From contig OZ024741.1 in assembly GCA_964016885.1 (NCBI GenBank), positions 59,210,001-59,274,000 on the forward strand: 64,000 bases of DNA, in the 5' to 3' direction. Shown one piece after another: positions 56,740 through 64,000 of the stretch (position 1 is the stretch's first letter; every line of letters starts with the position of its first letter). The DNA comes from Eledone cirrhosa (Eukaryota). The position numbers were made by a program, and so were the translations under genes. Below the pieces are notes generated by a model. The model was not told the DNA's origin. It ran no database searches and saw only the letters and a list, made by a program, of their open reading frames with translations.

Positions 56740-57307
56740 ATATAAAGACTGCTAGGGTGGAGCTATGAGTGCTGAAGAAGACCCAACCTGTAGTATACAA
56801 TGTGACCTGAGCTACCTTCCCCCTTCCACTAGCACTCCCTAACAGTTATTCTCAACATCACTATTGCAACCCCCACACACATTCCTAGCAGCTTCCCCCT
56901 CGTGAAGTGGTTGATGATAGGAAGAGCATTCAGCCATGGAGGGCTTGTCAAATAGAGGGCTAGGAGGACCCTTCCATTGTGTCAAGGATATGACTCCTCC
57001 CTAGGTTTGGGGATTTACATGATAAATGCACCCAGTACACACTGTAAAATGGTTGGTGATAAGGACATCCAGCCATAGAAATCTAGCCAAACAAAAGATT
57101 GGGAGGACCCTCACTTATGTCAAATACATGACAACCTCTCCTGAGCATTCGGTGGAATGTGAGACCATACATAAGCAAGACACAGAACCCTGGCATGCCT
57201 GGACGATCAATGGTTCTGTTTCAGTACTGACTTGGTCTGTATTGACCTATCCAACCCTTGCTAGCAGGTAAAGTGGACATTAAAACAACAATGATGATGA
57301 TGATGAT
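56740..57307 (+). mobile_element. Old RTE-type 3' UTR relic with (GAT)n tail, homologous to 2320-2680
   Basis: Shared 'gctatga.gtgctgaagaaga...cagtactgacttgg...ccaacccttgctagcagg.aagtgg.cattaaaa'. Confidence 0.6.
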
Positions 57308-57609
57308 ATGAAAAGTCCAAACATAAATAACTTTAATAATAGTATTTGAGAAAATTGGATCAAGTACCACTGAAGATGAGAATAAGTGGGCAAGGGTACC
57401 TACAAGGAATTGAACCCCACATCTTTCAGATGTAGAATAAGTGCATTAGCTATTACATCAAGGTGTCCCTGGCCACTAATTGCCGGTTTTAGAAAATGTT
57501 AAGCCTGTAGCTAAAAAGAAGTATTAACATGTAATTGACTTAAGAAACATTGGGAGAAATTTGAAATGGGGTTGTCACAACTTAAATGACTATAATGATA
57601 ACAATAATT

Positions 57610-57890
57610 GTTTCTAGTTTAAGCACGAGGCCAACAATCTGAAGAGGAGAGGGAAGTTGATTAAATCGACCCAGTACTAACTGGTGCTTTATTTTATCGA
57701 CCCCGTAAGGATGAAAGGCAAAGTAGACCATGGTGGGGTTTGAACTCATGACGTAAAGAGACGAAACAAATGCTTAATAATGGTTTCTGATTTAGGCACA
57801 AGGCCAGCAATTTTGAGGTGGGAAAAGTCAATTAAATCAACCAGTGCATGACTGGTACTTTATATCATCGACGCCATAAAGGATAAAATT
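57610..57890 (-). mobile_element. Two tandem family-1 SINEs
   Basis: 'tttatcgaccccgtaaggatgaaaggcaaagt' and two 'gcac.aggcca.caat' tails. Confidence 0.75.
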
Positions 57891-57934
57891 AAAATAACAA
57901 CACAAGAGAGAGTTACCTTGGGAGAGATTTAATT

Positions 57935-57973
57935 GTCCCTATATATTTCGGATTCACATCCATCAACAGGGTT
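57935..57973 (-). ncRNA. Degenerate minimal hammerhead at the PLE 3' end
   Basis: Minus strand: cc-CTGTTGA-t ggat gtga atcc-GAAA-tata-TA-ggg; A6>U change and weak helix I. Confidence 0.5.
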
Positions 57974-58302
57974 TTTTTTCCGGGGTGGGGGAAAGGTTGT
58001 CTGTCGGAAAGGTACGAAACGCGTCCTCCGCTGTTCGTTGTTTTGAATATCTGAGGTATTCAGCAGAGCGCGCGTGCGCATGAAATGGGATCGGTCGGGC
58101 AGAGGTCAGCGGCCGAAGCTCTTTCAATTGTGGGAGTGGGGTGGCGCTAGCTGTCAGTCCATTCTCTGCCTGTTTGTTGAATGTTACTTTGTGTGTGTGT
58201 GTGTGCGCGTGTGTTGTTGTCTCGCTTGAGTGTGTGTGTGTGCGTGTGTTGTTGCCTTGTTCCTCTGTGTTGGCAGTGTAGTATGTTCGTATGGTGGAAT
58301 GC

Positions 58303-58342
<40 letters not shown>

Positions 58343-58502
58343 GTTGCTGTCTCGCTTGTATGTGTGTGTGCGTGTGTTGCTGCATCGTTTGTTAACTTAA
58401 ACCAACCACCTCATTTCGCTTCTCTCGGATCGATTGTTTATTTGTGGCTCTATGCGTTTGATCCAAAGTGCTTCCTTGATACGTAACGTGCCGACGTTTC
58501 TT

Positions 58503-60008
58503 TCAATCGCTAGAATTGTGATAATGGGCCTTCTGTCTTTGTTTCCGCATTTGTCTGTGTTTCCGGAAAGACGAGGCCCTGGTTTTAGTGTGTTCCTTGA
58601 TCCGGATGTGCAAAGGTCGGATTGTGCTACCTATATAGTATTGGTTGCACTTGTTACATTCTATCTTATACACGACGTATGTGCGTAGGCAACAGTTCGC
58701 ATGGCGCATCGGGCAGTATCTGAGGGAGCACGCGTCAGTTGATTTCCCGGGTTTCGCGGAGAGGCATCTTCGCAGGGAGGGGCCCGAGTGGGCCAGGTGG
58801 ATGTCGAGGCCCTCCCTCCGTATAGCCTTGCGTATAGCGTTGGTGGTATTCTCGCCCAGGTGTGGCATTTTAAGGAAGCACTTGCCTTGGGTGCCTCTCT
58901 GTCTCTTGTGTCTGGTGTCTCCTACTCTGTCTGTGAGCGAGGTAGGGTACCCGTTCGTCTCCAGCACCTCGAGGAATCGCTTGGTATGAATGACACCACT
59001 CGCGGGATCGCTGCATCTGTTTTTGATTCGCGCGATCTCGTTCGTGATGTATCCTCTTTTGGCACTGTTAGGGAGGGCGGACTTGTAGTGGACGAACAGG
59101 TCCCTGCAGGCTGCCTTTTGGTAGAAGTTGCAGTGGATCCTTCCCTGTTCCGTGATGTTGATTTGGAAGTCGAGAAGGGCAAGTGACCCGTCTTCGTTGG
59201 GGTTTTCAACACTGAAGTCAATGTTCTCATCCGTGTTGTTGAACGTCTCATAGATTCTGTTCGCCGTGTCTTGGGAAGATGTGAGGAAGAGGATATCGTC
59301 CACGTACCTTGAGAAAAAGGCGACGGCGTTGGGGTGGCAGGCGTTGAGTGCCTTGCGCTCGAGGTTGTCCATGTAAGAGATCGCTAGCACACCTGACAGG
59401 CTCGATCCCATGGGCAGTCCCGAGGTTTGTTGGTATGTTTGGTCAAGGAATCCGAAGTAGGTGTTGTCGACGACGATGGATAGGAGTTGGTGGATGTCAG
59501 TGGTGGATTGGACGCGTTCCATCAGTATATTGACGACCGGGAGTGCCGGGACCGAGGTGTAGAGAGCGACTACATCAAGGCTGAAGGCATATCTGTTATT
59601 CTTTCTGGTGTCGGGATCCATTTGATGTAGGCGCTTCAACACCTCCTCGGAGCTGTTAACGTGTCCCGGCAAGGTGTCTAAGATGGGTTTGAGTATTCTG
59701 GCTAGGAGCCATGAAATTTTGTAGAGTGGTCCTTCCACGCTCGATACAATGGGCCTGATCTTCAGGTCGGGTCCTTGTTTGTGTGTTTTCACGAGGTGGT
59801 AGAAGGCGGGTAGTCTGCTGTTCCTCGTGAGGAGGTTGTATCTCAGCTTCTTCGGGAGCTTCCGCCAGTCGCAGATGTTGGTCCAGGCGGCGTTGATGTG
59901 CTCTTCTATCTGCGCGGCAGTGATTCCCGTGACCTTGGAGTAGAGGTTGTCATCGTCAAGGTGTTGCAGGGCCAGGGTGTTGTAGGCCTCTCTGCTGATG
60001 ACGCACAA
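58503..60008 (-). CDS. Penelope-like RT plus GIY-YIG endonuclease (Poseidon-type), frameshifted at the C-terminus
   Basis: FYHLVKTHK..IRPIVS, SLDVVALYTSV, QTSGLPMGSSLS, RYVDD, VVYKIEC..C...YIGST.R.L..RIKEH. Confidence 0.9.
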   Translation of the reverse strand: MCVISREAYNTLALQHLDDDNLYSKVTGITAAQIEEHINAAWTNICDWRKLPKKLRYNLLTRNSRLPAFYHLVKTHKQGPDLKIRPIVSSVEGPLYKISWLLARILKPILDTLPGHVNSSEEVLKRLHQMDPDTRKNNRYAFSLDVVALYTSVPALPVVNILMERVQSTTDIHQLLSIVVDNTYFGFLDQTYQQTSGLPMGSSLSGVLAISYMDNLERKALNACHPNAVAFFSRYVDDILFLTSSQDTANRIYETFNNTDENIDFSVENPNEDGSLALLDFQINITEQGRIHCNFYQKAACRDLFVHYKSALPNSAKRGYITNEIARIKNRCSDPASGVIHTKRFLEVLETNGYPTSLTDRVGDTRHKRQRGTQGKCFLKMPHLGENTTNAIRKAIRREGLDIHLAHSGPSLRRCLSAKPGKSTDACSLRYCPMRHANCCLRTYVVYKIECNKCNQYYIGSTIRPLHIRIKEHTKTRASSFRKHRQMRKQRQKAHYHNSSD

Positions 60009-60860
60009 TTCTTTTCCCTTGTCGGAGGGGAGATAGATGAGGTTCTTCGATTTTAGGTTGGAGAGAGTGGTGAGCTGAGATTTGGTGAGGTTATGTGTTG
60101 TGCGTGTGTGTGTGTGTGTGTTTGTGAAGTATATTCGAGATGGAGTGTTTTAGCCTGATGAGTTTAGTGTCGAGTTCGTGGTTGGTGGGTGGGGGTGGAG
60201 TGGGTTGTCGGGGTGGTAAATGGGGAACTTGGGGTGGGTTGCGTGGGCGCTGTTATTTGCGGTGGCGGTTGTTAAGTTGTTGTTTTCCACGTGGTTCTGG
60301 TCTGTCTGTTCGTTAGTGTCGATGTTCTCGTTGTGGAGTTTAGACAAGATCCACTCATATTTCCGCTTGAGCCGTTTTTTCTCGTATTGAACTCTGGAGT
60401 TGTAGCACTGGTCGATTGCTTTAGTGATTTTCAGGAGCAAGTCGCCGGGTGTTATTGACAGTCGATGTGTCCGCTCTGAGAGTGTCCGCTTATGGATGTG
60501 TAATTGGCGGTTGAGATGTCGTAGGATCTGCTTAATACACGTGCGATGTATGCGGTTAATGGTGTTTTGGAAAGCTGGTGTACGTAGGCTTACTGGTAAG
60601 CGGATGTTCCTGATGGTGTTGGGGATGACATCGATTTTAAGCAGCGTTTCAGGAAAATAATTTGACAGCCAGCATTGGCCCATTTCTCCGACAGTCTAAA
60701 CAGTTCCCTTACGGATGCAAACAATTCCTGTCTCAGGTGTAAGGATAAGAGAGTATTGAAGTTTGCTTGAAGCATTGTAGAATAATAAGGTAAATTTCTT
60801 TAATATATATATATATAAATGTTTAAGCTTGTTGAATCACAACAAATTAAATATAACCTC

Positions 60861-60896
<36 letters not shown>

Positions 60897-60932
<36 letters not shown>

Positions 60933-63258
60933 ACGTTTAACGTCCGTGTTCCACGCTTGCATGGGTTTGGACGGGGGTATTCCCACTTGAGGCAAGAGTG
61001 ATTGTCTTGCTCGCATAGGACTGTCTGGCAGGTTTTCTACAGTTGGATGCCCTTCCTAACACCAGCCACATTTACAGTGTGGGACTGGGAGGTTTTTACC
61101 GTGTTGCCTACACGGCCACATTACAGCGTGGACTGTGTGTTTTTTTGTCGTGACACCTACACGATCTCATTTGTTTCGGCCTGGATGGCGTGGCACCAAC
61201 ATAACTTTACATAGAACGGGGTGGTGTGGATGGGGTGGGGGTGGTGGGACGGGGGTGTATTTTGTTAGAGATGCCTACTGGCTGTAGTAGGTTTTACTAT
61301 GTATTTAGGTAAGGCGGGTCTTCTCTATTACTGAGTACCGCCAAAGGTCTCGGTCCAGTGACATTGTCTTGGAGAGGTGTAAGTGTGTGAGGTCGGAGTT
61401 TATCAGCTCGTCCCAGGATTTTCTAGGTCTGCCTATTCCGTGGCTACCGTCTATCTTTATTGCCCTGCACTTTGTTATACAGCTATCGACTTTCATGCGC
61501 ATCACGTGTCCGTACCAACGTAGCCTTCTCTCGAGTAAACAACATCTGATCCCTCTTATTTCTAATTTTTTCCTTAGTTCGTTTATGCTTTGCCGTTCAC
61601 GTATATTACTATTACACATCCAGCGGAGCATGCAAGCTTCGTTCCTCTCTAGTCTGCGTATATCCTCTGCGCACAATGCCCAGGTCTCACTGCCATGCAA
61701 CATTGCTGTTCGTATGCAGGCATCATACAACCTGCCTTTCATTTTTAGGGAGAACCCTTTAGCGGCTAATAGTGGTATAAGCTCTCTGAACTTTTTCCAT
61801 CCAGTTCTGACTCTAGCTACTGTACTTTCGGAGCACCCTCCCCCACTGCTGATTTTGTCACCCAGGTAACGGAAGCTGTCCACTATGTCTATAGAGCCCT
61901 CTGCGCAATTGAAAGAGTTAGTATTTTGTGGGCACTCGCTGCTACTTATTGCACCAGAGCACCGCCCACATGTAAAATCTAAGTTCTTAGTTAGCTTACC
62001 TGTGATCCCACTACATCTTTTATGCACCCATACTTTGCATTTGGGACATAAAATGGAGTTTCTACCTACGCCTTTCCTACACACTGAGCATGGCCATTTC
62101 CCGGAAGGGACCGCCGCCTTATTTTCTTTCCTACAAACTAGAACTTTAGTCTTAGCCAGGTTAATTTTAAGGCCTTTTGATTCTAGGCCGTGCTTCCATG
62201 TTTGGAATTTCTTCTCTAGCTCGGCCATTGATTCAGCTATGAGTGTCAGGTCGTCTGCGTATAGGGGTTCCCATGGGCAGCCGGTCTTGAACTCCTCTGT
62301 TATAGCCTGAAGGGCAATAATAAATAGTAGGGGGCTGAGAACAGAGCCCTGATGGACGCCAACTTTTACGCTAAACTCTTCACTATATTCGTTGTTAATT
62401 CTAACCTTGCTGACTTTCTTTATACATGGCTTGTATAGCTCTCACAAGCCATTCGTTGACACCTAGTTTTCTAAGGGCCCACCAGATAATGGAACGGGGG
62501 ACTCTGTCGAAGGCTTTCTCCAAGTCGACAAAAGCTAAGTAGAGGGGTTTACCTTTAGCTAGGTACTTCTCCTGTAGTTGACGTACAATGAAAAGAGAGT
62601 CTGTGGTACTTTTGCCTGACACAAACCCGAACTGCATTTCATCTAGGTCAATTCTCTCTCTGATTAGTTGCGCTATTACTTTTTCCGTGACCTTCATGAC
62701 CTGGTCGATTAGTTTAATGCCTCTATAGTTACTCCTATCTAGGGCATCTCCTTTACCCTTATAACAGTTAACGATGATGCTGCTATGCCAGTCCTTCGGA
62801 ACAACCCCATTCTGTACGACTTGGTTAAGTATCCGGGTGACCAAGGTGTGTCCCACCGAGCCAGATGCCTTCAGCATCTCAGCAACTATTTCCGAAGGCC
62901 CAGCCGCCTTACCCGTCTTCATATCCTTGATTGCCTTACTTATTATACTACCCTCGACTAACACTGCTGGTCCCTCTATTGGGTCGATGTGGGGGAGACT
63001 GTCTTTCTCCCATTTATTCTCCTCATTTAGTAGCCTTTCATAGTGGCACTTCCAAGCTACCTTCTTATCAGCGTCGGTGATGGCAAGTACGCCGTCATCA
63101 TTAAGTACACACTTCTCCCCGACAATATCACGGTTTTCCTTGACACATTGCCTAGCAATCCTGAACACCTCACGTTTTTGGTCCTCGCGTTGTAGAACAT
63201 GCTTGAACTTTCCTTCCTCTGCTTCCCTTCTTGCGAAGTACACCTGTCTCCTAGCCTC
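60897..63258 (-). mobile_element. RTE family B, 5'-truncated, one frameshift, 3' UTR and (GAT)n tail
   Basis: ORFs 62401-63243 and 61305-62228 are near-identical to the 26248-29597 copy; (TA)n on both sides. Confidence 0.95.
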
Positions 63259-63278
63259 ATATATATATATATATATAT

Positions 63279-64000
63279 AATATATTTAGAAACACACAGA
63301 TACATGCGGACACACACATATATACATGAATGCATCCGCACCCAACTGTGAGTTAAGGGTGCCAACTTCACCGATGTTGCTCAATGAATGACTGCGACAG
63401 ACCAATTCAGTTTGAACTAGACTGAACCAGTATCAGAGTTAAAAATACATTATGAAGAGAGAAGAAACATTTAGATATAATTAGTAATAAAATGTATCAT
63501 ACCTAAACTGTTCCTAAATTCCTCGACTACGTAGTTTCGTGGCATAAACAAAAACAATATATCAAAGATATAGAGTCCTTGCGAGGTCTGCCGACTTATC
63601 AAGAGGATACCTCATTTTACTAGTCTCAAGAACGCGTCTACACGACGTGAGAAAGAATCCCAAAAGGCGGAGGGGGAGATAGTCACGCGATATAACGGTC
63701 GAGAAACAGAGCTAAGCCTCTTATAACCACGAAGAAAATACCACGGAGGCGGAGGGGGTATTCATATCGAGGCCGCAGAAGAGGTAGTGAAGAAGGCGAG
63801 AAGTATGAGTAATGGAAGCTTTCCAGTTGTCCCCACACTTCAAAGATTGCTCGACCAGAGGGAGTTATTAATATATTTAGAAACACACAGATACATGCGG
63901 ACACACACATATATACATGAATGCATCCGCGCCCAACTGTGAGTTAAGGGTGCCAACTTCACCGATGTTGCTCAATGAATGACTGGGACAGACCAATTCA
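63279..64000 (-). mobile_element. 591 bp tandem unit carrying a hammerhead (tandem pseudo-LTR or retrozyme-like); runs off the window edge
   Basis: 'aatatatttagaaacacacagatacatgcgg...gaccaattca' at 63279 and 63870, with 2 differences in about 130 bp. Confidence 0.8.
63520..63607 (-). ncRNA. Type I hammerhead ribozyme with compensatory U3-A8 core
   Basis: Minus strand: tcctc-TTGATAA-gtcggca...tgccac-GAAA-ctacgtag(palindrome)-TC-gagga; GUC triplet. Confidence 0.8.

Larger units (their letters stand above)
57895..60800 (-). mobile_element. Near full-length Penelope/Poseidon-type PLE with frameshifts
   Basis: N-terminal FLKRC..VIP (60150-60775), PSDKG motif at about 60020, RT and GIY-YIG ORF, then 3' region ending in a hammerhead-like motif. 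Confidence 0.9.

Noticed and set aside
56700-56760. CTGATGA...GAAAcag...ctg hammerhead-like string
   Set aside because: Helices I and II do not pair and U16.1 is missing

Overview
AT-rich, microsatellite-saturated metazoan repeat DNA with no host protein-coding gene I can support. The SINE/LINE complement is consistent with an octopod cephalopod (inference). Contents: (i) two related RTE-clade LINE families with (GAT)n tails and a PHD-like finger inside the RT region; (ii) Penelope-like elements (PLEs): a 5'-truncated, open-frame Naiad-type copy with inverted pseudo-LTRs (44.4-47.9 kb), a near full-length Poseidon-type copy (57.9-60.8 kb) and three decayed Naiad fragments; (iii) tRNA-derived SINEs, TTAA- and TA-flanked MITEs and a mariner relic; (iv) very long (TA)n/(TATG)n arrays that explain nearly all the Y/I-rich ORFs. 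The most interesting signal is non-coding. The short 'unique' islands inside (TA)n arrays are mostly pseudo-LTR-like modules carrying type I hammerhead ribozyme motifs with palindromic helix III. I count about 14 motifs from roughly 10 unrelated sequence families, including U3-A8 core variants. Several sit in near-perfect fold-back or zig-zag palindromes, or in monomer-plus-partial-repeat units of 484 and 591 bp that resemble retrozymes. All structures were read by eye and need covariance-model and cleavage tests.
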